From NCBI GenBank assembly GCA_046714175.1, contig JBKKBI010000069.1, forward strand, positions 490 through 64,489: a stretch of 64,000 nucleotides of DNA, given 5' to 3'. Positions 45,570-56,226 of the stretch are shown here, one piece after another. Every line of letters begins with the position of its first letter. The stretch's first letter is position 1. The notes under the pieces were generated by a model. The model had not been told where the DNA came from. It was given only the letters and a program-made list of their open reading frames with translations, and did not search any database. The translations under genes and the position numbers were made by a program. Origin of the DNA: Acidimicrobiia bacterium. GTDB taxonomy: Bacteria > Actinomycetota > Acidimicrobiia > Spongiisociales > UBA11373.

Positions 45570-48070
45570 ATGGCTCCTTCGGCGGCGACCACTCCCCGAT
45601 CCAGGCCGCGCAGCGCCGCAGCCACGCCTGACGGAGGCTCGGGAAAGAGATCGCGGATCTGCCGCAGCAGATCGATCAGCTGCCGGCAGTTGCGCACGAA
45701 GTCGCCGACTGCGGCGTCATCGTCGTCTCCAAAGAGCTCGAAAAGGCTGCGTCCCGCGGTCCACCGGCCCGCGAGGCCGGCAAAACCGGGATCCGGTGGC
45801 CGACTTTCGGGAAGGCCGGCATGCCGCTCGGCGGCGGCGATCTCCTCCCACAGGCTCATCAGCTCCGCGCCGCGTCCGGCCAGCCCTGGAGGCCACCCGG
45901 ACTCGGGGGTGTCGCGCCGCGCCTCGAAGGTGAACGCCGAGGCGAGCGCCGCGGTGGCAGGACCGTCGAGCCCATCGAACCACCCCCGCTCCACGGTCTC
46001 GGACAGAACCAGATCCATCATGTTGTAGATGCGCCGCAGCCGCTCGCCGCGTTCGGTCAATCGCCATTCGTGCACATAGCCGCGCCGCTCCAGCAGCCCG
46101 AGCAATCGACGAAAGGCGGTCACCACCCCCGGGGGCAGGGTGGCGGCGCGGGACTCGCGCTGCGCCAGGGACTGCTCGAGGCGCCGCCCCTCCCGGGCGA
46201 GCTGGACTTTCAAGTGAATTTCCGGGTCCGACATCTCCGCGGGCGCGACCACGACTCCGATGCGCTCCCCGGGGGCGAAAGAACGGAGGGCGTCGGCGAC
46301 GCGCCGGCGAAACGCGGCGTCGCGGGGACGGAACGGGCGTGGCAGGTCGACTGCCCCGACCCGGGTCACCGAGTCGGGAAGCCGATCCGGGATGAGGCGC
46401 CGCAGGTCACCGTGTTGGGACACCGTGAGCAGTCGCGGCCGCTTGCCCGTGCCGCGCGCCACCACCGCCACCCGCATCAGGCCACCGGGTTCGGTCCACT
46501 CCAAGACGTCTCCGGCGGCCGTGGCGGCCGCAAACTCGGCGAGGGCGCGGCTGGCGCTTGGCAGTGGAGCCGCCGCCAGTTCCCAGGTGTCCACCCCGGG
46601 GTGTGCGGCGGCAACGCGCAACTCGGCGAGGCGGCTGCGATCGCCCTCGAGATCGGCGGCGATCTCGCCGCGCCGGCGCTGATCGGCGTACTCGGCAAAC
46701 GAGGCCGCCAGCAACTCCTCCGCCCGCTCGCGGGAGTAGCGCGCCACCAAGTTGACCGTCATGTTGTATGTGGGCCGGAAACTGGAGCGCAGCGCATGGC
46801 TTCCTCTGCCGGCAATACCGGCCGCGCGCTCGAACTCGACGTATGGCGAGTGCAGGACAACCGCAGTGCCGGCTTCATCTATACCCCGTCTGCCCGCCCG
46901 ACCGGTGAGCTGCGTGTAGTCCCCCGCTTGCAGCATCTCGTGCCCTTCACCCGTGAACTTGCTCAGGCTCTCGAGTACCACCGTGCGTGCCGGCATGTTG
47001 ATGCCCAGGGCAAGCGTCTCCGTGGCAAACACCAGACGCACCAGGCCGCCAGCAAAGAGTTGCTCGACCGTCTCCTTCATCGCCGGCACCAGGCCGGCGT
47101 GGTGCGGCGCCACGCCCGCTTGCAGGCCCCGCAGCCACCGGTCGTATCCGATCACGGTCAGATCGGTGGCACTGAGGTGGCGGGTGTTGGCCTCGGCACG
47201 GTTGGTGATCTCGGCTGCCTCGGATGACGACGTGAGCCGCAGACCCCGGCCGACGACGGTCGCCACGGCGTCGTCGCAGCCCCGGCGGGAAAAGATGAAG
47301 AAGATCGCCGGGAGCAAACCCTTGCGATCGAGGAGCTCGACCGTTTCGTGGCGTCGCGGCGACCCATAGCGGCGGCCATCGGACCCGCTCCCCCGGAGCA
47401 TGCGAGCCAACCGCTCGTTGGGGCGCTTGCCGTGGAAGACCGGAAACAGCCGCAGGCCGCTCTTCTCCCAGCGGTCTCTGACCAGGTACAGCGACTCGAG
47501 GGGTACGGGACGCTCCCTTTCCACCACCAGCGCCAGGTCGCCGCGTCGTTGCCGCATCCAATCGGCGAACTCCTCGGCGTTGGCAATCGTGGCCGAGAGG
47601 CAGACCAACGGGATCCCGCGATCGAGATGGACGATGATCTCTTCCCAGACTCCCCCCCGCTCCCGATCCTGGAGGTAGTGCACCTCGTCGAGTACCACCA
47701 CGCCGACATCCGCGAGGTCGGGACTGTCGGCGTACATCATGTTGCGCAGCACTTCGGTGGTCATCACCACGACGGGTGCCGTGCCGTTGATCGAGTTGTC
47801 CCCGGTCAGCAGCCCCACCTGGCCCTCGCCGTGCAGACGGCGAAAGTCGCCAAACTTCTGGTTGGAGAGCGCCTTGAGAGGTGTGGTGTAGATCGCCCGT
47901 GCGCCGAGATGGAGGGCCCGCGCTATCGCCGCTTCGGCAACCGCCGTCTTGCCCGACCCGGTCGGGGCCGTGACGACGACCGATGCGCCGCGGTCGATCG
48001 CTTCGGCGGCCTCGATCTGGAATCGATCCGCCGCGAAAGGTAGGGCGGCGAGATAGTCATAGGCCCTCAC
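45566..48070 (-). CDS. helY: Ski2-like DEAD/DEAH-box RNA helicase HelY
   Basis: VTAPTGSGKT Walker A, DEVH box, and the helicase C and DSHCT-like C-terminal region. Length is 834 aa. Confidence 0.85.
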   Translation of the reverse strand: MRAYDYLAALPFAADRFQIEAAEAIDRGASVVVTAPTGSGKTAVAEAAIARALHLGARAIYTTPLKALSNQKFGDFRRLHGEGQVGLLTGDNSINGTAPVVVMTTEVLRNMMYADSPDLADVGVVVLDEVHYLQDRERGGVWEEIIVHLDRGIPLVCLSATIANAEEFADWMRQRRGDLALVVERERPVPLESLYLVRDRWEKSGLRLFPVFHGKRPNERLARMLRGSGSDGRRYGSPRRHETVELLDRKGLLPAIFFIFSRRGCDDAVATVVGRGLRLTSSSEAAEITNRAEANTRHLSATDLTVIGYDRWLRGLQAGVAPHHAGLVPAMKETVEQLFAGGLVRLVFATETLALGINMPARTVVLESLSKFTGEGHEMLQAGDYTQLTGRAGRRGIDEAGTAVVLHSPYVEFERAAGIAGRGSHALRSSFRPTYNMTVNLVARYSRERAEELLAASFAEYADQRRRGEIAADLEGDRSRLAELRVAAAHPGVDTWELAAAPLPSASRALAEFAAATAAGDVLEWTEPGGLMRVAVVARGTGKRPRLLTVSQHGDLRRLIPDRLPDSVTRVGAVDLPRPFRPRDAAFRRRVADALRSFAPGERIGVVVAPAEMSDPEIHLKVQLAREGRRLEQSLAQRESRAATLPPGVVTAFRRLLGLLERRGYVHEWRLTERGERLRRIYNMMDLVLSETVERGWFDGLDGPATAALASAFTFEARRDTPESGWPPGLAGRGAELMSLWEEIAAAERHAGLPESRPPDPGFAGLAGRWTAGRSLFELFGDDDDAAVGDFVRNCRQLIDLLRQIRDLFPEPPSGVAAALRGLDRGVVAAEGAM

Positions 48071-48783
48071 CGTCGAACCGTGAAGCGCACGATCCAGATA
48101 GTCGCTTCATAGAGCACGTAGAGCGGGACCGAGAGTAGGAGAAGGGTGAGCGGGTCCCCGCTCGGTGTGACGATTGCGCCGATGGTGACGATCAACAGCA
48201 CTGCCCAGCGCCGCGCCGAGGCGAGCCGCCGCCAGCCGACCACCCCCATCAGCGCCAGGGCATAGAGAAAGACCGGAAATTCGAAGCCGATGCCGAACAC
48301 GAGCAGAAATCGGAGCGCAAACGATAGGTAGTAGTCGCCACCGATGACCGGCTCCAGGTCGTCACCGGCAAAGTCGAGCAGGAATCCCAACCCGCGCTCG
48401 AGTGACCAGTACCCGAACGAGATCCCGGCCAGGAACAGAGTCGTCAGCGCGGCCACGATCGGCAGCACGAGGCGCTTCTCCCGCGGGGAGAGCGCCGGAG
48501 CGACGAAGGACCACAGCTGCCACAGCACCACCGGGCTGGCGAGCACGAACCCGCCGAAGAGCGACAGCCGCATGAACAGCGAGAACGCCTCGGTGGGGCG
48601 AAAGAAGACGAGCGACCGATCGACTGTGGCCTGCTCGTAGGGGGCAATGAGAATGTCGAAGATCGCTCCCCGGTACACGAAGGCGACCACTGAGGCCACC
48701 ACCACGGCCAGAGCGGCCTTGATGATCCGAGAGCGGAGCTCTTCGAGATGGGCAGTGATCGGTTGGGCCGGCGTGGTCGTCAC
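48067..48783 (-). CDS. tatC: Twin-arginine translocase subunit TatC
   Basis: Six TM helices. The start MTTTPAQPITAHLEELRSRIIK is TatC-like. Confidence 0.9.
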   Translation of the reverse strand: MTTTPAQPITAHLEELRSRIIKAALAVVVASVVAFVYRGAIFDILIAPYEQATVDRSLVFFRPTEAFSLFMRLSLFGGFVLASPVVLWQLWSFVAPALSPREKRLVLPIVAALTTLFLAGISFGYWSLERGLGFLLDFAGDDLEPVIGGDYYLSFALRFLLVFGIGFEFPVFLYALALMGVVGWRRLASARRWAVLLIVTIGAIVTPSGDPLTLLLLSVPLYVLYEATIWIVRFTVRR

Positions 48784-49013
48784 TGCGGCGGCTCCGATTC
48801 CGCGGTCGGTGGCATCGCCCGCCGCACCGCACCCAGATCGGACTCCTGTGCTACCTCGGCCTCTATACCGCGGCGGAGTTCTTCGGCGGTGTCCCTGAGT
48901 TCGCGCAAGGCCCGGCCCGCCCTGCGCGACAGTTCCGGAAGGCGGCGGGGGCCGAGGACCACAAGGGCGACAACGGCGATGGTGAGAAGTTCGGCGGGAC
49001 TGATCCCAAACAC
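48780..49013 (-). CDS. tatA: Twin-arginine translocase subunit TatA
   Basis: The start MFGISPAELLTIAVVALVVLGPRRLPEL, a TM helix plus an amphipathic helix. Length is 77 aa. Confidence 0.85.
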   Translation of the reverse strand: MFGISPAELLTIAVVALVVLGPRRLPELSRRAGRALRELRDTAEELRRGIEAEVAQESDLGAVRRAMPPTAESEPPQ

Positions 49014-49065
49014 GAAGCGATGGTAGAGGTCGCCGGCTCCGAGACTCCCGTTACCGACAGCAGAC

Positions 49066-49362
49066 TCAGCCGAGGAGCTGGTCCACCCAATCGCCCGATT
49101 CCAGGGCGGCGGCGAAACGAGCGATCTCGGTTTCAGTGATGCGCTCGGGGTCGTCGACCACTTCGTAGCCCACTCCGGTGGCGAGGAGAATCGACACCAC
49201 CCGGTGATTGGCGGGGCGACGCTGGATGTCGCCGCACGACGGGCAGTCGAACCGGTAGCACCCGGTGCCGGAGAGTGCGGTCAGTTCGAGACTCAGCTCA
49301 CCGGGGAGGAGTTCCACCTCGCCGCAGATTTGGCAGGTTGTGCGAATGGTGGTCATTGGCAT
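49066..49362 (-). CDS. Cys-rich small protein (putative zinc ribbon), hypothetical
   Basis: CQICGEV ... GCYRFDCPSCGD gives a C-x2-C ... C-x5-C-x2-C pattern. A GGAG lies 4 nt upstream of the ATG. It sits between pafC and tatA. Confidence 0.45.
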   Translation of the reverse strand: MPMTTIRTTCQICGEVELLPGELSLELTALSGTGCYRFDCPSCGDIQRRPANHRVVSILLATGVGYEVVDDPERITETEIARFAAALESGDWVDQLLG

Positions 49363-49443
49363 CGATCTCCGGGGCCGCGATCTCTTGGTCTCCTCAGCTA
49401 TCGGGCCGGTTCCGGGGTGCCTGAATGACCATATGCGGGGTAG

Positions 49444-50379
49444 TCACCCGTAGCGGGCGAGCATCTGCGCGCGCAGAGTGGTCAGGTGGGAGGCCACCTC
49501 GGCGGCGTTCCCACCCTCCAGCATGTGGGCCGCGGAGCCGAGGCGCAGCAGCAGCCGCGCGATCACCCGCGCGTCCGAGGCCGAGAACTCGATCACGGTC
49601 CCGCCGCCATCGCGGGAGACCACGGTGACGGGGTAGTAGTCGGCCACCCAGGCCGCTTCTGCAGAGAGTGCGATCCGCACCACGAGGTCGTCGACGCCCG
49701 GGGTATACCGGATCTCCCCGGTGGGAGGCTCCTCCTTCGGCTCGAAGTGCTCCCCGGTGGCAGCGGCGGCGCGGATCCGGTCAATGCGGAACACCCGCTC
49801 GCCCCCGGCGCGTCGGCAGAATCCGGTCACATACCAGTTGCCCATGGAAGCGAAAACGCCCCAGGGCTCGATGTCCCGCTCGGTGGCCTCTCCGGTGGCA
49901 ATCCCGACGTAGTCGAGGTGGATCACGTCGCCGTTGGCCGCCGCCGCCCGCAGCAGGCCGACCGGTCCGGGCTCAGCGCCCAGGTCGACATCGATCACGC
50001 CTGGGTCGGGAAGGATGCTGCGGCTCAGCTTCTCCACGGCGCGCTCCAGGGCGAGATCCTTGGTGCCTGCCGACAGCACCGCCAACCCCCCGGAGAGGAG
50101 CATCAGGGCTTCGATCGCGGACAGTGCCACCGGCCGGGCGAAGTAGTCGGCCATGGCGATGACCACCTCGTCGCCGTCGAGATACGCATCCATCAGGTCT
50201 CCAGGCCCATACCCGGGAAGGCCGCAAACGAATACCAGATTGAGGTCGGCGATCAACTCGGCGCGGGAATACTGAAAGCGCTGGCACACCTCGTCGGCTG
50301 TGGTCCCGGGGTGGGCGATGACCCACGGAACCATGGCCAGGATGCGAGACAGCCTCTCGCCGGTGCGGTTGCTGCTCAC
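49444..50379 (-). CDS. pafC: WYL-domain transcriptional regulator PafC
   Basis: N-terminal HTH (ERLSRILAMVPWV) plus a WYL domain. The GTG start at 50379 overlaps the pafB stop (GTGA). Confidence 0.8.
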   Translation of the reverse strand: MSSNRTGERLSRILAMVPWVIAHPGTTADEVCQRFQYSRAELIADLNLVFVCGLPGYGPGDLMDAYLDGDEVVIAMADYFARPVALSAIEALMLLSGGLAVLSAGTKDLALERAVEKLSRSILPDPGVIDVDLGAEPGPVGLLRAAAANGDVIHLDYVGIATGEATERDIEPWGVFASMGNWYVTGFCRRAGGERVFRIDRIRAAAATGEHFEPKEEPPTGEIRYTPGVDDLVVRIALSAEAAWVADYYPVTVVSRDGGGTVIEFSASDARVIARLLLRLGSAAHMLEGGNAAEVASHLTTLRAQMLARYG

Positions 50380-51296
50380 GACGCCTCTTTGAGGTGGGCG
50401 ACGAACCGGTCCCGCAGCACTGGCGGACCCTCGATCGTTGCGCCGTCGTCGAACCCGATCAGCCACCCGATGAACGGTTCCACCGCGGCAATGTGCAGGT
50501 GCACGGTGATGGTTCCGTCGCTGTGCTCCACGATCTTTGTGCCCGGAGGCAGCTGACGTCGAGCCCACCACGCGGTGGCGGCGTCGAACCGGACCACCGC
50601 CTCGATCGAGTCGTCTCCCGCCTCCCACGGCGCCGCCGGGAACCCGGCGGCCGCCCGGAAGCCTTTGGGGCGATCGAACGCACCCGCCTCCTCGCCGATC
50701 ACCACGGCATCCATGCGATCGACCCGGAACGTCCTCGTGTCGTCGCCGACCGCGCCGACCAGGTACCAGTGGCCGCGGCGATGCACCAAACCGTACGGAG
50801 CCAGCCGCCGTGGCTGGTCGCGGTACTGAAACCGCACGCGCCTGCGATCGATGATGCCACCGAAGAGGGCCGCCAGGGTGTCGGCGTCGCTACCCAGATC
50901 CGCGGTGAGTGGGTCGCCGGTGGCGGCCACCGCCGCGCCGCCGAGCTTGAAGATCGCTGCCGGGGTAGCCCCTTCACCGCCGAGACGGGCCATCCGCATC
51001 GCCAGCCACAGAGCCGCTCGTTCCTCGTCCGTCAGTCCGGGATCGGGCAACGCGTACTCGTCGGGACGGATCACATAACCCTTCTCCACCTCGTACACGT
51101 CGGTGAAGTCGAGCCGCAGCGGGACCCCGAGCGAACGCAACAGATCCTTGTCCCGCTCGAATGTGCGGCGAAAGGCCTCATCGCTCTTTTCGTCGTAGCC
51201 GGCCACGGTGTGCCGGATGTCATCGGCGGAAACCGGCCGCCCTACGGTCAACAGGAACGCCAGCAAATTGATGACCCGTTCGATGACACGGTGCAT
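50376..51296 (-). CDS. pafB: WYL-domain transcriptional regulator PafB
   Basis: The start MHRVIERVINLLAFLLTVGRPVSADDIRHTV has an HTH. It has a WYL domain and lies downstream of pafA. Confidence 0.8.
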   Translation of the reverse strand: MHRVIERVINLLAFLLTVGRPVSADDIRHTVAGYDEKSDEAFRRTFERDKDLLRSLGVPLRLDFTDVYEVEKGYVIRPDEYALPDPGLTDEERAALWLAMRMARLGGEGATPAAIFKLGGAAVAATGDPLTADLGSDADTLAALFGGIIDRRRVRFQYRDQPRRLAPYGLVHRRGHWYLVGAVGDDTRTFRVDRMDAVVIGEEAGAFDRPKGFRAAAGFPAAPWEAGDDSIEAVVRFDAATAWWARRQLPPGTKIVEHSDGTITVHLHIAAVEPFIGWLIGFDDGATIEGPPVLRDRFVAHLKEAS

Positions 51297-51346
51297 GGAT
51301 TAGGTCAGGTTATCCGAGTCTCCCGCACGAGGGAATGGTCGGGGAA

Positions 51347-51372
51347 GACGGCAGATGGCAGATGGCAGATGG
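51347..51372. repeat. Tandem heptad repeat (cagatgg x3) in the pafA-pafB intergenic region
   Basis: gacggCAGATGGCAGATGGCAGATGGcgg was read directly. A partially complementary catctg lies 25 nt downstream, so a hairpin is possible. Confidence 0.6.
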
Positions 51373-51405
51373 CGGCGGTCGATCGTCTTTCTGTCATCTG
51401 TTATC

Positions 51406-52761
51406 TCAAAGCGAAGCGATGAGTTTCTCCACTCGCTCGTCCACTGCTCGGAAGGGGTCCTTGCACAGGACCGTGCGCTGGGCCTGGTCGTTGAGCTTGA
51501 GGTGCACCCAGTCCACCGTGAAGTCTCGGTTCTTCTCCTTGGCAGCCCGGATGAACTCGCCCCGCAGCCGCGCCCGGGTGGTCTGCGGCGGCTCCACCAA
51601 CGCCCGGGCGATGTCCTCGTCGGTCACCACCCGATCGACCATTCCCCGGCGTTCCAGCATGTAGTACAGCCCGCGCTCGCGGGAGACGTCGTGGTACGCC
51701 AGGTCGACCATGGCCAGGCGGGGATCTCCTGGTGGCAGCTGCCTTCCCGCGGCGTACTCATCGAGCAGGAACTGCTTTGCCACCCAGTCGCACTCCCGGC
51801 GCAGCGAGAGGGGGTCCTTCTCCAATCCGGTGAGCAGGTGCTCCCACATCGCCACCGCCGACTGCACCTGCGCCGAAAAGCCTGGAGTCCGGGAGTATCG
51901 CATCACCCGCTCCAGGTACTCCCACTGGATGTCGAGCGCCGACAGCTCGCGGCCGTTGGCGAGCCGGACTCGTCGCCGACAGGTGGTGTCGTGGGAGATC
52001 TCCCGGATGGCGCGGATGGGATTCTCCAACGTGAGGTCACGGAAGACGACGTCGTCCTCCAACATCTGCAGCAGGGCGACGGTCGCCCCGACCTTGACGT
52101 AGGACACGTATTCGGACATGTTCGAGTCACCGGCGATGACATGGAGCCTGCGGTAGCGCTCCGCGTCGGCGTGGGGCTCATCTCGGGTGTTGATGATGGG
52201 ACGGCTGCGGGTCGTCGCCGACGACACCCCCTCCCAGATGTGCTCGGCGCGCTGCGCCAGGGAGTACACGGTCCCCCGGGCCGTCTGCAGCAGCTTGCCC
52301 GCACCGGAGAAGATCTGGCGGGTGACGAAGAACGGGATCAGGGTGTCGATCATGCGTTGGAAGTCGGACTGGCGGCTCACCAGGTAGTTCTCATGACACC
52401 CGTAGGAGTTCCCCGCGGAGTCGGTGTTGTTCTTGAACAGGTATACCTGGCCCCGGATCCCCTCTTCTTCGAGCCGCTGCTCGGCCGACTGCACCAGGCC
52501 CTCCAGGACTCGTTCCCCGGCCTTGTCATGGGCGATCAAGTCATAGAGGCTGTCGCACTCGGGGGTGGCGTACTCCGGGTGGCTGCCGACGTCGAGATAG
52601 AGCCGGGCCCCGTTCTCGAGGAATACATTCGAGGATCGTCCCCACGACACGACGCGACGGAACAGGTAGCGCGCTACCTCGTCGGGAGAAAGGCGCCGCT
52701 GGCCGCGCAGGGTGCAGGTCACCCCATATTCGTTCTCCATACCGAAGATGCGGCGCTCCAT
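51406..52761 (-). CDS. pafA: Pup--protein ligase PafA
   Basis: Near-identical to mycobacterial PafA over the N-terminus: [17 protein letters not shown]...[49 protein letters not shown]. The 56-aa 5' extension was rejected. Confidence 0.9.
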   Translation of the reverse strand: MERRIFGMENEYGVTCTLRGQRRLSPDEVARYLFRRVVSWGRSSNVFLENGARLYLDVGSHPEYATPECDSLYDLIAHDKAGERVLEGLVQSAEQRLEEEGIRGQVYLFKNNTDSAGNSYGCHENYLVSRQSDFQRMIDTLIPFFVTRQIFSGAGKLLQTARGTVYSLAQRAEHIWEGVSSATTRSRPIINTRDEPHADAERYRRLHVIAGDSNMSEYVSYVKVGATVALLQMLEDDVVFRDLTLENPIRAIREISHDTTCRRRVRLANGRELSALDIQWEYLERVMRYSRTPGFSAQVQSAVAMWEHLLTGLEKDPLSLRRECDWVAKQFLLDEYAAGRQLPPGDPRLAMVDLAYHDVSRERGLYYMLERRGMVDRVVTDEDIARALVEPPQTTRARLRGEFIRAAKEKNRDFTVDWVHLKLNDQAQRTVLCKDPFRAVDERVEKLIASL

Positions 52762-52827
52762 GGCGGCGAGGGTACCGGTCGCGGGGCCGCAGCGAGCGGA
52801 GCACCCGGGATGCCGTAGCGTGGCCCG

Positions 52828-53085
52828 ATGACCGACCCCTTCGTTCCCGTCGCCGAGGCTCCCGACCCCGGGTCGGCCCGCGTGTACGCGGCCATGCTGC
52901 AGTCGGCCGGGATCCCGGTGCGCCTCCACGGCGAGGCATTAGGTCCCTACGTGGTCACGGTCGGGGATTGGGCCATCACCCGCTTGTGGGTGCCGGAGTC
53001 GATGCACCACGATGCCGTGGAGATGCTGCGAGCCGAGGATGCGGAGCCGGGGCTGGTGTTAGTGCCCCGGGATCGAGGGTCCTAA
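52828..53085 (+). CDS. DUF2007-like small protein
   Basis: 85 aa. [19 protein letters not shown] resembles the putative signal-transducing protein domain. It is convergent with prcA with a 4-nt overlap. Confidence 0.4.
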   Translation: MTDPFVPVAEAPDPGSARVYAAMLQSAGIPVRLHGEALGPYVVTVGDWAITRLWVPESMHHDAVEMLRAEDAEPGLVLVPRDRGS

Positions 53086-53747
53086 GCGAGTTCGGCCGGC
53101 AACAGGCGGCGGAAGGCGCGACGGCGCTCGGTGCGTTCCACCACCGCCGCCTCCCAACCCACCGACCCGTTTCCATCGATCACCGCAGTGCACGCCGCCT
53201 TGGCCCAGCCGATGGCGTCCTGCAGCGAGCCGCCGTCGGTATAGGAGGCGGTGAGACGCGCCATCAGCGCCTCGGTGGCACCCCCGATCGCAGAGAACTC
53301 GCGCTCGTCGTACAGGGTCCCGTCGTAGGTGATGCGAAAGATATGGTCGTCGACCGGGTCATCGGCGACCTCAGCGAGCATGATCTCCACCTCATACGGC
53401 TTCACGTCCTGCGTGAAGATGTGCCCCAGGGTCTGCGCGTACGCGTTGGCCAGACTCTTCGCGGTGACGTCGGCCCGGGCGTAGGCGAAACCGGTGAGAT
53501 CGGCGCGCCGGATGCCGCCGATTCGGAGCTGCTCGAATTCGTTGTACTTGCCCACGCCGGCGAAGGCGACGCGGTCATAGATCTCAGAGATCTTCTGCAG
53601 CGTGCCGCTGGGGTTCTCCCCGAGGAGCAAGATGCCGTTGGCATATTGCACCGCCACGATCGACTTACCCCGGGCGATGCCTTTGCGGGCAAACTCTGCC
53701 CGATCCTTCATCAGCTGCTCGGGCGGCACGTAGAAGGGCATCGTCAT
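53082..53747 (-). CDS. prcA: Proteasome subunit alpha
   Basis: The start MTMPFYVPPEQLMKDRAEFARKGIARGKS. Length is 221 aa. Confidence 0.9.
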   Translation of the reverse strand: MTMPFYVPPEQLMKDRAEFARKGIARGKSIVAVQYANGILLLGENPSGTLQKISEIYDRVAFAGVGKYNEFEQLRIGGIRRADLTGFAYARADVTAKSLANAYAQTLGHIFTQDVKPYEVEIMLAEVADDPVDDHIFRITYDGTLYDEREFSAIGGATEALMARLTASYTDGGSLQDAIGWAKAACTAVIDGNGSVGWEAAVVERTERRRAFRRLLPAELA

Positions 53748-54538
53748 CGGGCACGCTCCATGGCGCGGCGAGCCGCGTCGCTGACGCGCTCTTCGGAGAC
53801 CTCGGTGTATCCGGCCGCGGATACCGTGGCCACGTTGGGGTAGATCTCGCGGCGGAGATCCGGACCGCCGGTGCCGGTGTCCTCTTCGGCGGCGGCGACC
53901 AGCGCCGCCACTGCCAGGTCGACCGCGGCGGCTTCCGTCATGCCCGGGTCGTAGAGGCCGCGCAGGTACAGCCGGGCGTCGCGTCCCCCCGAACCCTCGG
54001 TGGCGTAGTCGGTCTCTTCGTACGAGCCGCCGACGACGTCATAGGAATAGAGCCTCCCCACCTCTTCGGCCTCGTCGTAGCCGCAGAACAGCGGGACCAC
54101 CACCAGGCCCTGAAAAGCCATCGGGAGCTGCCCCCGGACCATCGCGGCGAGATGATTGGCCTTTCCGGTGACGCTCAGGCGGCGCCCCTCCAGCTTTTCG
54201 TAATGTTCCAGCTCGGTCTGGAAGAGCTTCACCAGTTCGATGGCGATGCCGGCGACGCCGGCGATGGCGACGGCACTGAACCCGTCGGCGGGAAAGACCT
54301 TCTGCACGCGGCGGTGGGCGATGAGGTTGCCGGTCGTGGCGCGACGATCCCCGGCCATGACGACTCCGGAGGCGTAGCGAACCGCCAGCACCGTTGTCGC
54401 CTCGGGAGGATCGAGGCGCCCGGCCCCGGCGGTCACATCCCAGCGAGGACCGAGCCCCTGGCTGCGCAACAGCGCGGCAAAGCTGCCGGCCGGCGTGATG
54501 GCTTCGAGGGGTATGCCGTCAGGAGGCGCGAGACTCAC
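53744..54538 (-). CDS. prcB: Proteasome subunit beta
   Basis: A propeptide is followed by the TTVLAVRY catalytic Thr1. Confidence 0.9.
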   Translation of the reverse strand: MSLAPPDGIPLEAITPAGSFAALLRSQGLGPRWDVTAGAGRLDPPEATTVLAVRYASGVVMAGDRRATTGNLIAHRRVQKVFPADGFSAVAIAGVAGIAIELVKLFQTELEHYEKLEGRRLSVTGKANHLAAMVRGQLPMAFQGLVVVPLFCGYDEAEEVGRLYSYDVVGGSYEETDYATEGSGGRDARLYLRGLYDPGMTEAAAVDLAVAALVAAAEEDTGTGGPDLRREIYPNVATVSAAGYTEVSEERVSDAARRAMERAR

Positions 54539-54726
54539 TGACCGCCCTTTTGGACGTAGTTCTTCACGAACTCCTCGGCGTTCTCTTCGAGGACCGAGTC
54601 GATCTCGTCGAGCAAGTCGTCGATCCGATGGGTCAACTCCTCGGCGCTCTCCTGGACTGGAGGGGCGGCAGTCTCGGCCTCGGTGGCGTCGCTGCGCCGG
54701 GTCTGCTTATGCTCTTGTTCGGCCAC
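54535..54726 (-). CDS. pup: Prokaryotic ubiquitin-like protein Pup
   Basis: 63 aa, acidic, with a C-terminal ...YVQKGGQ. Confidence 0.9.
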   Translation of the reverse strand: MAEQEHKQTRRSDATEAETAAPPVQESAEELTHRIDDLLDEIDSVLEENAEEFVKNYVQKGGQ

Positions 54727-54729
54727 GGC

Positions 54730-56226
54730 TCACCTCCTGTTGTCGGCCTCGAGGGCCTCGATGAGGTCGGATGCTTCGGGGGAACGCTCCAGCAGCTCGG
54801 CGGTGAGCTGTTTCGTGCCCCGCAGGGGATCCATCATAGGCACCCGTTTCAGCGCTTCCTCACCGGCGTCGAAGATCAGCGAATCCCAGTTGGCGGCAAC
54901 GATGTCCGCACCGTACTTCTCCACGCAACGCCCCCGGAACCACGCTCGCGTCCCCTCGGGGGGCTCGATGGCGGCGGTCTGTATCTCGTCTTCGCTGAAG
55001 AGCCGGCGCATTCGACCCGAATCGGCAAGCTTGCGGTACAGACTCCGCACCGGGTCGACATCGTGGTACTGGAGGTCCAGCATGCGCAGCTTGGGCTCCG
55101 TCCAACCCAGCCCGTCGCGCTCCCGGTAGGCCTCGAGCAGGGCCAGTTTCGCCGTCCAGTCGAGGCGGTCAGCGGTGCGGTTAGGATCCTGTTCGAGATC
55201 GGTGAGAACTGCCTCCCACTCGGCCAGGGCCTGCACATTGGCCGCGCCGGTGCCATGCTCCTCGACATGCTTTGCCAGCCACTCGAGGTAATGCCACTGC
55301 AGCTCGAGGGCGGTCACGGATCTGCCATCGGCGAGACGTACCTTGGTGATGAGGGTCGGATCATGGCTGAAACCCCACATCGCCTCCACCGGATCGTCGA
55401 GAATCACCGGCTCGCCGAGAGATCCGGCGGTGATCGCCGCCAGCATCACTGAGGTGACACCGAGCTTCATCAGCGTCTGCACTTCGCTGAGGTTGGCGTC
55501 ACCCACGATCACGTGCAGTCGCCGGTAGCGCGTGGGATCGGCGTGGGGCTCGTCACGGGTGTTGATGATCGGGCGCTTCAGGGTCGTCTCCAGGCCGACC
55601 TCCTCCTCGAAAAAGTCGGCGCGCTGGCTGATCTGATAGTCCACCGGGCGCCTTCCGTTTTCCGATCCGACCTTTCCGGCGCCAGTGAAGACCTGGCGGG
55701 ACACGAAGAACCCGGTGAGGTGGCGCACCAGATCGCTGAACGGAACGGATCGCGGCACCAGGTAGTTCTCGTGCCATCCGTAGGAGTTGCCCTTGCCGTC
55801 GCTGTTGTTCTTGTAGATGAGCAGACCGTGCCCCGGGGGGAGAGCGGCTTCAGCGGCCGCGGCGGCGCGTGCCATGACCCACTCCCCCGCCTTGTCGTGC
55901 AGCGCCGCTTCGCGGGCGTCGCGGCATTCCGGACTGGAGTACTCCGGATGGGCGTGGTCGACGTAGAAGCGCGCACCGTTGCTGAGGACGGTGTTGACGA
56001 GGCCCGACTCGTAATCCACTGTCGGCGGAGGCTCGTAGCCGAACCCGCGAGCGTCGCGGCCGGGAGTCTCCTCGTCGAATGACCATTGGATCCGGCTGGA
56101 GGCGCCGGCGTAGGAATTGATCACCAGGCTGGAAGCGACCACCGGGTTGAAGTCGGGCTGGTGCCGCACCGCGATCCCGAATTCGGTCTCGGTCCCGAGA
56201 ACCGCCGGGACTTCCTCTTCGGTCAC
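54730..56226 (-). CDS. dop: Pup deamidase/depupylase Dop
   Basis: The start [18 protein letters not shown], paralogous to PafA. Confidence 0.9.
   Translation of the reverse strand: MTEEEVPAVLGTETEFGIAVRHQPDFNPVVASSLVINSYAGASSRIQWSFDEETPGRDARGFGYEPPPTVDYESGLVNTVLSNGARFYVDHAHPEYSSPECRDAREAALHDKAGEWVMARAAAAAEAALPPGHGLLIYKNNSDGKGNSYGWHENYLVPRSVPFSDLVRHLTGFFVSRQVFTGAGKVGSENGRRPVDYQISQRADFFEEEVGLETTLKRPIINTRDEPHADPTRYRRLHVIVGDANLSEVQTLMKLGVTSVMLAAITAGSLGEPVILDDPVEAMWGFSHDPTLITKVRLADGRSVTALELQWHYLEWLAKHVEEHGTGAANVQALAEWEAVLTDLEQDPNRTADRLDWTAKLALLEAYRERDGLGWTEPKLRMLDLQYHDVDPVRSLYRKLADSGRMRRLFSEDEIQTAAIEPPEGTRAWFRGRCVEKYGADIVAANWDSLIFDAGEEALKRVPMMDPLRGTKQLTAELLERSPEASDLIEALEADNRR

Noticed and set aside
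45821-47227. 468-aa plus-strand ORF
   Set aside because: It is antisense to helY.
51355-52818. 487-aa plus-strand ORF
   Set aside because: It is antisense to pafA, whose translation matches mycobacterial PafA almost residue for residue.
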